Shown here one piece after another: positions 49,609 through 59,646 of a DNA stretch of 64,000 bases (its first letter is position 1; each line of letters starts with the position of its first letter). The notes under the pieces are model-generated. The model had not been told where the DNA came from. It did not search any database and worked only from the letters and a program-made list of their open reading frames with translations. Source of the stretch: Ferrithrix thermotolerans DSM 19514 (GTDB lineage: Bacteria; Actinomycetota; Acidimicrobiia; Acidimicrobiales; Ilumatobacteraceae); NCBI GenBank assembly GCA_945861025.1, contig CAMASN010000005.1:7239-71238 (forward strand), written 5' to 3'. The position numbers were made by a program, and so were the translations under genes.

Positions 49609-49644
49609 TTCGCACGTACGCAATGCAAGATTTGGAAGGATTTC

Positions 49645-51051
49645 ATGGCTGACATCACGTTGCCACAACTCGGCGAGACAGTGACCGAGGGAACGATCAC
49701 GCGCTGGTTCAAAAAGGTCGGTGACGCGGTCACGGCCGATGAGCCATTGTTCGAAGTGTCTACCGACAAGGTCGACACCGAAGTGCCAGCGCCGAGCAGC
49801 GGAGTGTTGCTTGAGATTCGCGCCCAAGAAGGCGACACGGTTCCCGTTGGAGCAATCATCGCCGTGGTGGGCGCAGCCGATGGTGCAGCACCATCCCCGG
49901 CTCCCACGCCACCACCCGCACCCGCAGTTGTTGCCGCTCCAGCGCCGCCACCGCCACCCCCCACCGCGGTGGTGCCACCCCCGGCCCCAGCTCCAGCTCC
50001 AGCCGTTGCGCCCGTGCCGATGAGCCCGATTGCCGCAGCTGTTGCAGCCGCGGCCGACGTGGCCGCAGGTGTCGACGACAACCGCTTGTTGTCGCCAGTA
50101 GTGCGCCGTTTAGTGGCCGAACACAACATCGATACTGCGTCGCTCGTGGGCACCGGTCCCGGCGGAAGAATCACTCGTGAAGATGTGCTTGATCGCATCG
50201 ATTCGATGGCGGCCAATGCAGCTCCTGCGCCTGCGCCTGCGGTGGCGCCAACCCCAGCGCCTGCTCCGGCGCCAGCGCCAGTCGCAGCCGCTCCTGTGGC
50301 CGCCCCAGCACCGGCACCGGCATCGGCGGCAAGCGACGAGCGCGACGATGTTGTGAAGCTCAGCAAGATCCGCAAACTCACCGGTGCGCACATGGTGATG
50401 AGCAAAGGTGTGAGCCCCCATGCGTTCAGCGTTGTCGAGGTCGACTTCGCGAATGTCGATTCCGCACGCAACAAGATCAAGGACTCGTGGAAAGCCGACG
50501 AAGGCTTCGGCATCACGTATCTGAGCTTCATTACCCGTGCCGTTGTCGACGCATTGCGCGAGTTTCCACATCTCAACGCCACCGTCGATGGCGACAACCT
50601 CATCGTGCACAACTTTGTCGATCTCGGCATCGCTGTAGACCTCGACTACAGCGGTCTGCTGGTGCCGGTTATCCGCGGCGCAGAGACCAAGCGCTTGCGC
50701 GCTATCGCTCGCGAGATCAACGATCTCGGCACGCGGGCTCGTGGTCGCAAGCTCGGTCCCGATGAGATCTCTGGCGGCACCTTCACCATCAGCAACAATG
50801 GCTCCGCCGGCAGCGTGCTCACGATGGCCATCATCAACCAGCCTCAGGTGGCGATTTTGTCTACCGATGCAATCGTTCGCAAGCCGGTTGTTGTGCGGTC
50901 GGCAGATGGTGGCGAAAGCATCGCAATTCACCCAATGGGCAACCTTGCGATGAGCTGGGACCATCGGGCATTCGATGGCGCGTATGCCGCCGGTTTCTTG
51001 GTCAAGGTGAAGTCACTGCTCGAGACCCGCGATTGGGGTGCCGAGCTCTGA
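49645..51051 (+). CDS. 2-oxoacid dehydrogenase E2 dihydrolipoamide acyltransferase
   Basis: One lipoyl domain (EVSTDKVDTEVPAP), Pro/Ala linkers, the PSBD (LSPVVRRLVAEHNIDTASLVGTGPGGRITREDV) and the catalytic domain (SWDHRAFDGA). Confidence 0.92.
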   Translation: MADITLPQLGETVTEGTITRWFKKVGDAVTADEPLFEVSTDKVDTEVPAPSSGVLLEIRAQEGDTVPVGAIIAVVGAADGAAPSPAPTPPPAPAVVAAPAPPPPPPTAVVPPPAPAPAPAVAPVPMSPIAAAVAAAADVAAGVDDNRLLSPVVRRLVAEHNIDTASLVGTGPGGRITREDVLDRIDSMAANAAPAPAPAVAPTPAPAPAPAPVAAAPVAAPAPAPASAASDERDDVVKLSKIRKLTGAHMVMSKGVSPHAFSVVEVDFANVDSARNKIKDSWKADEGFGITYLSFITRAVVDALREFPHLNATVDGDNLIVHNFVDLGIAVDLDYSGLLVPVIRGAETKRLRAIAREINDLGTRARGRKLGPDEISGGTFTISNNGSAGSVLTMAIINQPQVAILSTDAIVRKPVVVRSADGGESIAIHPMGNLAMSWDHRAFDGAYAAGFLVKVKSLLETRDWGAEL

Positions 51052-52781
51052 TGAGCTCTTCCGTCGGGCCACTGCATGTGCGTTGGCTCGGCCGCGTTCC
51101 ATACGGCGAAGCGTTGGCGGTGCAGAACGCGTTGTTCGAACACGGATCACGCAACCACTTGTTGCTGCTCGAGCATCGTCATGTGTTTACCCATGGTTCG
51201 CGCGCCGATGTATCGGCCAACGTGTTGGTAGATCCGGCCTCGGTTGGCGCCGAACTGCTGGCGGTGAACCGCGGTGGCGATGTCACGTATCACGGCCCTG
51301 GCCAACTGGTGGGTTACCCGGTGTTGTCGCTGAATCCCAAATACGGCGGCGCCGCTGGCCCTGCCGACACGGTGGCGCATGTGCGCAATGTCGAGCAACT
51401 CATTATCGATGCGCTCGGCGAACTTGGTGTGCCCAATGCCGGACGCCTCGCCGAGTATCCAGGCGTGTGGGTCGAGCCCGACGGGCCGAATCCACGCAAG
51501 ATTTGTGCCATTGGAGTTCGCGTGTCGCGAGGTCGAAGCATGCACGGATTCGGGATCAACGTGAGCACCGATATGCGCTACTTGCGCGAGTACATCGTTG
51601 CGTGCGGCATCACCGATCGCCCAGTTACGTCGCTGCTCGAAGAAGGCATCGATGCGTCGATGGCCGATGTCGTCGATGTCGTCGCTCGTCTCGCTGCAGT
51701 GCGTTGGGGAAACGGTGCCGCCGAGCGTCAAGACGTGGCGTGGCGTGAGCGCCCCGACGACCTGTCTGCGTTTTCGCGCGGCGAAGGTCCGGGCGCGCCA
51801 GTGCGTTCTGCCAGCGACCATGGCGTGACGCAACCTCAGCGCGACGACCCGGCTCGGCCAGAGCCGGTGCGCATGCGGGCGCGTTTGGCGCAAGCTGGGG
51901 TTACCGAGTCGGTTGCGCTGAGCGACCGCAAACCCGAGTGGCTGCGGCCTAAGGTGCAGCTTGGCGCCGAGGTGCTGGCGCTGAAACGAACCGTGCGCGA
52001 CCTCAATCTCGTCACCGTGTGCGAAGAAGCTGGGTGCCCCAATCTCAGCGAATGTTGGGCCGATGGCACAGCAACGTTCATGGTGCTTGGCGAACGCTGC
52101 ACGCGTGCGTGTGGGTTTTGTCTTGTCGACACGAACAAGCCGCTGCCCCCGTCGAGCGACGAACCCCAACGCGTGGCTGAAGCCATCGAGCGAATGGGTG
52201 TGTCGCATGCAGTGCTCACGATGGTGGCCCGCGACGACCTCGACGACGGCGGCATGGCTCACGTTGCAGCATGCGTTGAGGCGATTCATCTTCGTTGCCC
52301 CACCACGCGCGTCGAGACGCTCATCTCCGACTGCAAGGGCGACGCAGACGCATTGTCGTTGCTGTTTGCTGCCCGTCCAGATGTGCTCAACCACAACGTC
52401 GAGACCGTGCCTCGATTGCAGCGTGCGGTTCGGCCGTCTGCCGGGTATGCGCGCAGCCTCAGCGTGTTGGCGCGGGCCAAGGCGGCTGGCCTTGTGACGA
52501 AGTCTGGCTTTGTCTTGGGTATGGGCGAAACGGTCGACGAGGTCGATGGCGTGTTGCTCGACCTTGCTTCGATCGGCGTCGACGTCGTGACCATTGGACA
52601 GTACCTGCGGCCAACATCGAACCACTTGCCGGTGCAACGGTGGATCGATCCAGCCGAGTTTCAACGCTGGAAGGCGCTTGGCGAATCGGTGGGCATTGGT
52701 CACGTCGAATCCAGCCCGCTCACGCGTAGCAGCTATCACGCTCGTCAATCTGCCGAAGCTGTTGAGGCACGCATCGGCTGA
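51051..52781 (+). CDS. lipB-lipA: Single continuous ORF encoding octanoyltransferase LipB (N-terminal) and lipoyl synthase LipA (C-terminal)
   Basis: LipB: HLLLLEHRHVFTHG...VNRGGDVTYHGPGQLVGYP...KICAIGVRV. A roughly 60-aa linker follows. LipA: RKPEWLRPKV...VCEEAGCPNLSECW...GERCTRACGFC. No stop codon lies between the two. A possible internal LipA start is the ATG at 51873. Confidence 0.8.
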   Translation: MSSSVGPLHVRWLGRVPYGEALAVQNALFEHGSRNHLLLLEHRHVFTHGSRADVSANVLVDPASVGAELLAVNRGGDVTYHGPGQLVGYPVLSLNPKYGGAAGPADTVAHVRNVEQLIIDALGELGVPNAGRLAEYPGVWVEPDGPNPRKICAIGVRVSRGRSMHGFGINVSTDMRYLREYIVACGITDRPVTSLLEEGIDASMADVVDVVARLAAVRWGNGAAERQDVAWRERPDDLSAFSRGEGPGAPVRSASDHGVTQPQRDDPARPEPVRMRARLAQAGVTESVALSDRKPEWLRPKVQLGAEVLALKRTVRDLNLVTVCEEAGCPNLSECWADGTATFMVLGERCTRACGFCLVDTNKPLPPSSDEPQRVAEAIERMGVSHAVLTMVARDDLDDGGMAHVAACVEAIHLRCPTTRVETLISDCKGDADALSLLFAARPDVLNHNVETVPRLQRAVRPSAGYARSLSVLARAKAAGLVTKSGFVLGMGETVDEVDGVLLDLASIGVDVVTIGQYLRPTSNHLPVQRWIDPAEFQRWKALGESVGIGHVESSPLTRSSYHARQSAEAVEARIG

Positions 52782-52810
52782 CGGCCGTTGGTTTCGGGCA
52801 GAATGGTGCC

Positions 52811-53947
52811 ATGCAAACTCCAGGCGCCGCAGCTCCTTTGTCTACTGCCGTATACGCCGATCGTCTCGATCGTGCACGCGCCCAGATGCGTGACAAGAAC
52901 ATCGATGTGCTGTTGCTCTCGCTGGGCCTCGACCTGCCCTACATCACCGGCTATCACGCGATGCCGCTCGAGCGTCTCACAATGTTGGTGGTGCCCCGCG
53001 AAGGTGAAGCGCGCATGGTGATCCCGCGCATGGAAGCGCCACGTGTAGCGCCCCAGCCCGGCGTGTTCGAGATCTATCCGTGGGGAGAAACCGAGAACCC
53101 GGTTGAGATCGTTGCTCGTCTCGCCCGCGAAGCTGGGGCCACGCACAACGTGGCGGTAGGCGATCAGATGTGGGCGCGTTTTTTAGTTGAGCTGTTGCCG
53201 TTGTTGCCTGGCGCTCACTATCAGCGAGCCGATGTGGTCACCTCGATGCGCATGGCCAAGGACGCCGACGAGATCGCAGCATTGTTCGCCGCTGGCGCTG
53301 CAGTCGATCGAATTGCTGGCGAACTCCAGGCTGGAAACATCGGCTTGGTTGGACGCACCGAAGCAGCCGTGTCGGCCGATCTGGGCGAACGCATTTTGGC
53401 CGAAGGTCATCAGGTGGTGAACTTCGCGATTGTTGCCGCAGGCGAAAATGCAGCGTCGCCGCACCACAGCCCCGGCGATCGCGTGATCCGCAAGAACGAG
53501 ATTTTGCTGTGCGATTTCGGTGGCACGATGAACGGCTACTGCAGCGATATCACCCGCTGCGTGTATTTGGGTACGCCCCCCGCAGAGGTAGTTGATGCCT
53601 ACGCGGTGCTGCAAGAAGCTCAGGCCGCAGCCGTTGCTGCTGGCGTTGTCGGTGCCCCGTGCGAAGAGGTCGACCGCGCGGCGCGGCGCATCATCACAGC
53701 GGCCGGTTACGGCGACTATTTCTTTCATCGCACTGGGCACGGCATCGGCATGGAGGCCCACGAAGATCCATACATGGTCGAGGGCAACTCGCTGCCGCTC
53801 GCTGCCGGACACGCCTTCAGCGTTGAGCCCGGCATCTATGTCGAGGGCAAGTGGGGCATGCGTCTCGAAGACATTGTGGTGGCATCCGCCGATGGCCCAG
53901 TGCCGATGAACTCGGCCCGGCACGAACTGGCCTGCCTCGACGTGTAG
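52811..53947 (+). CDS. M24-family Xaa-Pro aminopeptidase/dipeptidase
   Basis: Creatinase-like N-terminal domain plus ...CDFGGTMNGYCSDITR...FHRTGHGIGMEAHE...GHAFSVEPGIY...MRLED. Confidence 0.85.
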   Translation: MQTPGAAAPLSTAVYADRLDRARAQMRDKNIDVLLLSLGLDLPYITGYHAMPLERLTMLVVPREGEARMVIPRMEAPRVAPQPGVFEIYPWGETENPVEIVARLAREAGATHNVAVGDQMWARFLVELLPLLPGAHYQRADVVTSMRMAKDADEIAALFAAGAAVDRIAGELQAGNIGLVGRTEAAVSADLGERILAEGHQVVNFAIVAAGENAASPHHSPGDRVIRKNEILLCDFGGTMNGYCSDITRCVYLGTPPAEVVDAYAVLQEAQAAAVAAGVVGAPCEEVDRAARRIITAAGYGDYFFHRTGHGIGMEAHEDPYMVEGNSLPLAAGHAFSVEPGIYVEGKWGMRLEDIVVASADGPVPMNSARHELACLDV

Positions 53948-54013
53948 CCCGCCGCGTGAGTCGAGATCGGTCTGAACACGTTTTTCAGCTGCTCAAGATG
54001 TAATAATTCGCCC

Positions 54014-55381
54014 ATGACAGCGCTCGACGATCAGCCCGGCATCGATACCCGACTCCCATGGCACATGCGTGGCAACTATGCCCCGGTGATGGATGAGGTC
54101 GAAGCATTCGATCTGCCCGTCATTGGCAAACTGCCAGCCGATCTCAACGGTCGCTATTTCCGTAACGGTGCCAACCCGATGAACGCCCCCACGCTGCATT
54201 GGTTTGCGGGCGACGGAATGATTCATGGCATCCGCATTCGCGACGGCAAGGCCGAGTGGTATCGCAACCGTCTCGTGCGCACCAAGGCGCTCGCCGGTGT
54301 CGATCGTTTCGACATGACAAACGGCGCGATGGACCTCACTGTTGGTCTGGCCAACACGCACATCGTGAGCCACGCCAACCGCATCTTGGCGCTCGAAGAG
54401 GGCAGCTTGCCCAACGAGTTGTCGAACGAACTCGACACGCTTGGGCCATACAACTTCGAGGGCCGTCTCGATACGCCGATGACCGCGCACCCGCACACGT
54501 GCGCCGAGACCGGCGAGATGCATTTCTTCGGGTACGGATTTATGCCGCCGTTCGTCACGTATCACGTGGCCGATGCTGGCGGACAGTTGGTGCACACTCA
54601 GGCCATCGATGTGCCTGGTCCAACGATGATCCACGACTTTGCGATCAGCCGCAACTACGCGATCTTCCTCGACCTTCCCGTCACCTTCAATATCGAAGAC
54701 GCAATGTCGGGTGGCATGCCGTTCGGTTGGGAAGAGGGCTACGGAGCTCGCATTGGTTTGTTGAACCGAGAGGCAGCGCGGCGTGGCGAGCAGCCACGCT
54801 GGTTCGACATCGACCTGTGCTACATCTTCCACATCATGAACGCATGGGACGATGGTCCCGATGGTCACACGGTGTGGCTCGACGCTGGTCGTCACGCAAG
54901 CATGTGGCAGGGCGGCGCCGACAAGTTTGAGCCGTGCTACCTGTGGCGCTGGCGCTTCGATCTCAACACGGGCACTGTGCACGAAGAGCAACTCGACGAC
55001 CGCGAGCACGCTTTTCCGCGCATCGACGATCGTCGCTGCGGGTTGCAGAACAAGGTCGGCTGGGCATTGAGCTCGCGTGATCAAGGTTCAAGCGAGATGG
55101 ACGGCTCGAGCGTGTTTCTCAAGTACGACCTTGCCAAGGGAACAAGCGAAGTGCACGACTTCGGCCCAACCACCGTGTCGGGCGAGCCAGTGTTTGTGCC
55201 CGCCGCAAACGGCACTGCCGAGGACGATGGCTACGTGATTACATACCTCTACGACAAGGCCACTCAGAGTTCATCGTTCGTGGTGCTCGATGCGCGCGAC
55301 ATGGGTGCAGAGCCACTGGCGATTGTGCCGCTACCGCAGCGAGTGCCGTTTGGCTTTCACGGCAGCTGGATCGCCGACTGA
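54014..55381 (+). CDS. Carotenoid oxygenase (RPE65/CCD) family dioxygenase
   Basis: NYAPV...GRYFRNGANP...HWFAGDGMIHGIRI...NTHIVSHANRILAL...MIHDFAISRNYAIF...FHGSW. Confidence 0.85.
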   Translation: MTALDDQPGIDTRLPWHMRGNYAPVMDEVEAFDLPVIGKLPADLNGRYFRNGANPMNAPTLHWFAGDGMIHGIRIRDGKAEWYRNRLVRTKALAGVDRFDMTNGAMDLTVGLANTHIVSHANRILALEEGSLPNELSNELDTLGPYNFEGRLDTPMTAHPHTCAETGEMHFFGYGFMPPFVTYHVADAGGQLVHTQAIDVPGPTMIHDFAISRNYAIFLDLPVTFNIEDAMSGGMPFGWEEGYGARIGLLNREAARRGEQPRWFDIDLCYIFHIMNAWDDGPDGHTVWLDAGRHASMWQGGADKFEPCYLWRWRFDLNTGTVHEEQLDDREHAFPRIDDRRCGLQNKVGWALSSRDQGSSEMDGSSVFLKYDLAKGTSEVHDFGPTTVSGEPVFVPAANGTAEDDGYVITYLYDKATQSSSFVVLDARDMGAEPLAIVPLPQRVPFGFHGSWIAD

Positions 55382-55457
55382 AACGTTGTTCGTTGAGAAC
55401 GAGTTGATGGAGCCAAGCTGGGGTTGCCCCCAGCCGGCTCGGTCACAACTGTTGGGC

Positions 55458-56660
55458 TCAGAGGCCTGACTTCTCGAGGATGTGGATGCCACATGCCGAG
55501 CCGAGGCCGATGACATGGGCCAAGCCAACCTTGGCGCCTTGGATCTGACGATCGCCAGCCTCGCCGCGCAGGTGATGACACACTTCCCAGACGTTGGCAA
55601 TGCCGGTGGCTGCGATGGGGTGACCCTTTGACTCGAGGCCGCCCGACACGTTGACCGGGGTTGAGCCATCGCGCCATGTGGCGCCGCTCTTGAAGAAGTC
55701 GGCAGCTTCGCCTGGCTTGCACAGACCGAGGTTGTCGTAATGCACGAGCTCGGCTGTGGCGAAGCAGTCGTGCAGCTCAACGAGGTCGAGGTCTTCGGGG
55801 CCGATGCCAGCCTTGGCGTACGCCTGAGCGGCGGCACTTCGGGTGAGCGTGTTCACATCGGGGAGCACCTGGCAGGCCTCTTCGTATGGATCAGAGGTGA
55901 GCACCGACGCCGAGATCTTGACCGCACGGCGCTGCTGCTCGAGCGACAAGGTCTTGAGCTTGGCATCGCTCACCAGCACCGCTGCGGCGCCGCCGTCGCA
56001 GTTGGCTGAGCACATGGCGCGGGTGTTTGGATACGCGATCATCATGTCGTTCATGATCTCGTCGAGGGTGAAGCGCTTCTGGTAGGCAGCCAACGGGTTG
56101 AGCGTTGAGTGAGCGTGGTTCTTCTCGCTGATCTGAGCGAACAATTTGAAGTCGGCGCCGCCGTACTTGTGGGCGTATTCCATGCCGACCTGAGCGAACA
56201 CGCCAGGCATGGTGTCGGTGCCAATGCGGCCATCGGTTGAGGCCACTGCGCCGTAACGGCCAGCGCGGTTCCAGGTCTTGCCGTCGTCTTTGCGGTTGCC
56301 GCCCGACAACAGGCCAACGCCGCTGAGCTTCTCGACGCCTACAGCGAGACCGAAGTCGCACTCGCCGCTCTTGATCGACATGTAGGCAACGCGCAACGCC
56401 GTGGCGCCGGTGGCGCAAGCGTTCGACACGTTGTAGGCCGGGATGCCGGTCTGGCCGATCTGCTTTTGGATCATCTGGGCAATACCGCCGCCGCCCATCA
56501 GGCAACCTGCGGCCAACACGCCCATGTCGGCCATGGTGACACCGCCGTCGGCAAGCGCGGCCATCGCTGCTTGCGCAGCGAGGTCGACGGTGTCTTTGTC
56601 GGTGTGCTTACCGAACTTGGTCATGTTGATCCCGAGGATCCAAACGTCGCCGCTAGACAT
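55458..56660 (-). CDS. Thiolase-like protein (SCP-x / lipid-transfer type)
   Basis: 400 aa. VSNACATGATALRVA (active-site Cys)...ELHDCFATAE...NVSGGLESKGHPIAATG. Confidence 0.85.
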   Translation of the reverse strand: MSSGDVWILGINMTKFGKHTDKDTVDLAAQAAMAALADGGVTMADMGVLAAGCLMGGGGIAQMIQKQIGQTGIPAYNVSNACATGATALRVAYMSIKSGECDFGLAVGVEKLSGVGLLSGGNRKDDGKTWNRAGRYGAVASTDGRIGTDTMPGVFAQVGMEYAHKYGGADFKLFAQISEKNHAHSTLNPLAAYQKRFTLDEIMNDMMIAYPNTRAMCSANCDGGAAAVLVSDAKLKTLSLEQQRRAVKISASVLTSDPYEEACQVLPDVNTLTRSAAAQAYAKAGIGPEDLDLVELHDCFATAELVHYDNLGLCKPGEAADFFKSGATWRDGSTPVNVSGGLESKGHPIAATGIANVWEVCHHLRGEAGDRQIQGAKVGLAHVIGLGSACGIHILEKSGL

Positions 56661-56733
56661 GGCTACTCCTTACAAGTGAGTTCTGAGAGTTCTTATTAGT
56701 TGATGAAGAAAGGGTCCTGACCTGTGATGCAGA

Positions 56734-57177
56734 TCAGGAGATAGGTTCGAAGGCGAAGTTGACGGCTTCGGTGCCGGCCTCGTCGCTGCCGACGACATAG
56801 GTGGTGAGGCGCACCTTCATGCCGAGCGACACGTGCTCTGGGTCGGCAGTGACGTTGGTGAGGTTGCCGCGAACGCTGGTGCCGTCGCACTCGATGATGG
56901 CCGACACGAACGGCACAGGGATGCCTGGCGCAGCGAACGCCACGATGGTGAACGAGCGCACGAAGCCTTCGGTGGCGATGTCAGCGTCGGCGAACGACGT
57001 ACCAAAGCACGATGCGCAGGCGTTGCGGCGATCGAAGAACCGGGCGCCACACGAGGTGCACTGGTGGGCGACAAGGTGAGGGGTGGGGGCGAGATGGAGA
57101 TACTCGACGAAGGGAATCTGTTCGGACACGAAGTCATTCTTCAGGACTCGGTGGACAAAAGGCAAAGCGGAGGACAC
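56734..57177 (-). CDS. DUF35 Zn-ribbon / OB-fold protein (thiolase partner)
   Basis: CTSCGARFFDRRNACASC zinc ribbon, then an OB-like region. Lies directly upstream of the thiolase gene. Confidence 0.8.
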   Translation of the reverse strand: MSSALPFVHRVLKNDFVSEQIPFVEYLHLAPTPHLVAHQCTSCGARFFDRRNACASCFGTSFADADIATEGFVRSFTIVAFAAPGIPVPFVSAIIECDGTSVRGNLTNVTADPEHVSLGMKVRLTTYVVGSDEAGTEAVNFAFEPIS

Positions 57178-57235
57178 GCCCGATCACCCACTCGTGCAAT
57201 AACGTCACGTTGAGATTCGCTGAGAGGGGTCCGCA

Positions 57236-58948
57236 ATGTTGGATGTAGTGATCACTGGAGGCAAGGTCATCGACGGCACCGGCCGTGCCGCCGTTGCTGC
57301 CGATATCGGAATTCGCGATGGTGTCATCGTCGAGATTGGTGATGTAACCGAGGCCGCGCGCCAACGTATTGATGCCACCGATCAGGTGGTGGCCCCTGGG
57401 TTCATCGACATTCACACCCACTACGACGCGCAGGCTTTTTGGGACACCACGCTGAGTCCGTCGCCGTTACACGGAGTCACCACCGTGATGGGCGGCAACT
57501 GCGGTTTCACGATTGCGCCGCTTGCCCCAGAAGACGGCGATTACCTGATGCGTATGTTGGCCCGAGTCGAGGGCATGCCACTCGAGTCGCTGCAGCAAGG
57601 TGTGCCGTGGGACTGGCGTACAACTGGCGAATACCTCGACCGCCTCGACGGCACCTTGATGCCCAACGCTGGTTTCTTGGTTGGGCACTCGGCCATTCGT
57701 CGCAGCGTGCTCAAAGACCAAGCCACCGAGCGAGCGGCCACTCCCGAAGAGATCGTGAAGATGCAGAACCTGTTGCGCGAAGGCCTCGCTGCCGGCGGCA
57801 TGGGTTTTTCTTCCACATGGTCCACCTCGCACAACGACCACACCGGCTCGCCAGTTCCGTCTCGCCATGGCACCCGTGAAGAACTCGTAGCTCTGTGCAG
57901 CGTCGTACGCGAGTTCCCTGGAACCACGCTTGAGTTCATCCCGCAGGTGGGTCGCTTTACCGACGAGTCGTTCGATCTCATGGCCGCGATGAGCGTTGCG
58001 GCCAACCGTCCGCTCAACTGGAACTTGTTGCAGGTCCAGACTCAAAACTGGGAGCAGGTTCAGCATCAGCTCACGGGCGGAGACATCGCCGAGGCCAAGG
58101 GAGGGCGCGTCTTGGCGCTCACGTTGCCCGACACGTTCCGTCTGCGCTTGAACCTGCGCAGCGGTTTCGTACTCGATATCTTGCCGGGATGGGACAAGCT
58201 CATGGCGCTCGCTCCTGCGACCAAGCTGGCGATGCTGCGCGATCCTGCGGGCCGCGTCGAGATGAATCGCCTTGCGCAATCGGCGCCAGAACCGATGCGC
58301 TCGTTGGCCAACTGGGGCACCTACACGTTGCTCGAAACCTTCAGCGAAAACTGGAAGCGGTTTGAGGGTCTCACCATCGGGGCGATTGCCACCGAACTCA
58401 ACAAAGACTCGTGGGACGCGCTGGTCGACATCGCGATCGACGACGATCTCAAAACCGTCATCGCCAGTATGGATACCGGCCAAACCGATGCCAGTTGGGA
58501 AAAGCGCGTCGAGGTGTGGCGCGACCCTCGAGCCATCGTTGGTGCATCCGACGCCGGAGCCCACCTCGACATGATCGACAGCTTCAGCTACGCCACCACG
58601 TTGATTGCTCGCACCACCGTCGATCGCGAGCTACTGCCACTCGAAGAAGCCGTGCACTACCTCACCGGCGCGCCGGCGGCGTTGTATGGCCTGAAGGGCC
58701 GTGGCACGTTGGCAGTGGGTAACGCTGCCGACATCGTTGTATTCGATCGCCACAACATTGGTCCGGGCGAGGTGTTCACCAAGTTCGACCTACCTGGCGG
58801 CGCTGGTCGTGTCTACGGCGAGGCCAACGGCATTAGTCATGTGCTCGTGAACGGTGTGCCGTGCGTGCAGCATGGCGAGATGCTCGATGCTCGACCCGGC
58901 ACGTTGCTGCGTAGCGGCCGCGACACAAACACCGTGCGGGTGCAATAG
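57236..58948 (+). CDS. Amidohydrolase, N-acyl-D-amino-acid deacylase (D-aminoacylase) family
   Basis: DVVITGGKVIDGTG...IRDGVIVEIGD...APGFIDIHTHYD...GASDAGAHLD. Confidence 0.85.
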   Translation: MLDVVITGGKVIDGTGRAAVAADIGIRDGVIVEIGDVTEAARQRIDATDQVVAPGFIDIHTHYDAQAFWDTTLSPSPLHGVTTVMGGNCGFTIAPLAPEDGDYLMRMLARVEGMPLESLQQGVPWDWRTTGEYLDRLDGTLMPNAGFLVGHSAIRRSVLKDQATERAATPEEIVKMQNLLREGLAAGGMGFSSTWSTSHNDHTGSPVPSRHGTREELVALCSVVREFPGTTLEFIPQVGRFTDESFDLMAAMSVAANRPLNWNLLQVQTQNWEQVQHQLTGGDIAEAKGGRVLALTLPDTFRLRLNLRSGFVLDILPGWDKLMALAPATKLAMLRDPAGRVEMNRLAQSAPEPMRSLANWGTYTLLETFSENWKRFEGLTIGAIATELNKDSWDALVDIAIDDDLKTVIASMDTGQTDASWEKRVEVWRDPRAIVGASDAGAHLDMIDSFSYATTLIARTTVDRELLPLEEAVHYLTGAPAALYGLKGRGTLAVGNAADIVVFDRHNIGPGEVFTKFDLPGGAGRVYGEANGISHVLVNGVPCVQHGEMLDARPGTLLRSGRDTNTVRVQ

Positions 58949-58957
58949 CCCTTTGGC

Positions 58958-59578
58958 CTACTGGCCGGTGAGCGAAGTGTTGAACAACTTGATATCCACC
59001 GTGTCGGTCAGCCCGGTGAGCGTGATGAGCAGGTCGGGTGTGTTTTGATAGGCGAGCATGCCGTTTTCGAGCACGCAGTACTTCTTGGTGCCACTGGTGA
59101 AGCTGAGTTGCGCACACGTGGCGTTCTGATCGACAAATTGCTCAACCGATGCGATTGCCGGGCCAACCATCGCGGTGACATCTTGGCGAATGCGTGATGC
59201 CGGCGCCGAGCCATAGAACTCGTGCGTCACCGAGAGATTGCTGATGGTGGCGTCGTTGGCGCCGATTGAGCACTGCCCGGTAGACAACGTGCACGTGCGG
59301 AAGCCGCCCTGCGACTGCAGGAAGCGAATGTCGCCAAAGGTGATCGAACGTTCGCTTTCGTTCTGGATCGCAACGGTCACGGGCGTGACGAAATTGCCGA
59401 ATCGGGTGAGCAGCGAATAGTTCGCGGTGAACGGGCCGATGGATGTATCGAGCCTGCTGAGGACTGCCTCGATAGCTGGGTCTGACTGCGAGCCGAACGA
59501 CGGGCGCTCGCCGGTGATGCACCCGCTGAAGAGCAGAGGGGCAACTGCGGCGACGGCGAAAGAGCGGAAGAAACGCAT
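58958..59578 (-). CDS. Hypothetical lipoprotein
   Basis: MRFFRSFAVAAVAPLLFSGC (lipobox LFSGC). No family recognised. Confidence 0.6.
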   Translation of the reverse strand: MRFFRSFAVAAVAPLLFSGCITGERPSFGSQSDPAIEAVLSRLDTSIGPFTANYSLLTRFGNFVTPVTVAIQNESERSITFGDIRFLQSQGGFRTCTLSTGQCSIGANDATISNLSVTHEFYGSAPASRIRQDVTAMVGPAIASVEQFVDQNATCAQLSFTSGTKKYCVLENGMLAYQNTPDLLITLTGLTDTVDIKLFNTSLTGQ

Positions 59579-59646
59579 ACGAGTTGCGATCGTAGGGGAT
59601 GAACTGAGCGAAACGGTGTCTGTCGCCCCTTGCGCGCCTATCGTCG

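Noticed and set aside
48475-49827. 450-aa minus-strand ORF
   Set aside because: It is antisense to the dihydrolipoyl dehydrogenase gene, which has unmistakable FAD/NAD and redox-disulfide motifs. It has no motifs of its own.
49890-50340. Repetitive GCN/CCN-rich DNA that looks like tandem repeats
   Set aside because: It encodes the Pro/Ala-rich flexible linkers between the lipoyl, PSBD and catalytic domains of E2. It is not a CRISPR array, VNTR or mobile-element repeat.
49533-50630. 365-aa minus-strand ORF, very Ala/Gly/Thr-rich
   Set aside because: It mirrors the Pro/Ala linker-coding DNA of the E2 gene on the opposite strand. It is a low-complexity artefact.
51147-52748. 533-aa minus-strand ORF
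   Set aside because: It is antisense to the lipB-lipA reading frame, which carries diagnostic motifs. It is a shadow ORF.
53993-55084. 363-aa minus-strand ORF
   Set aside because: It is antisense to the carotenoid-oxygenase-family gene and has no recognisable features.
57467-58564. 365-aa minus-strand ORF
   Set aside because: It is antisense to the D-aminoacylase-family amidohydrolase gene. It is a shadow ORF.
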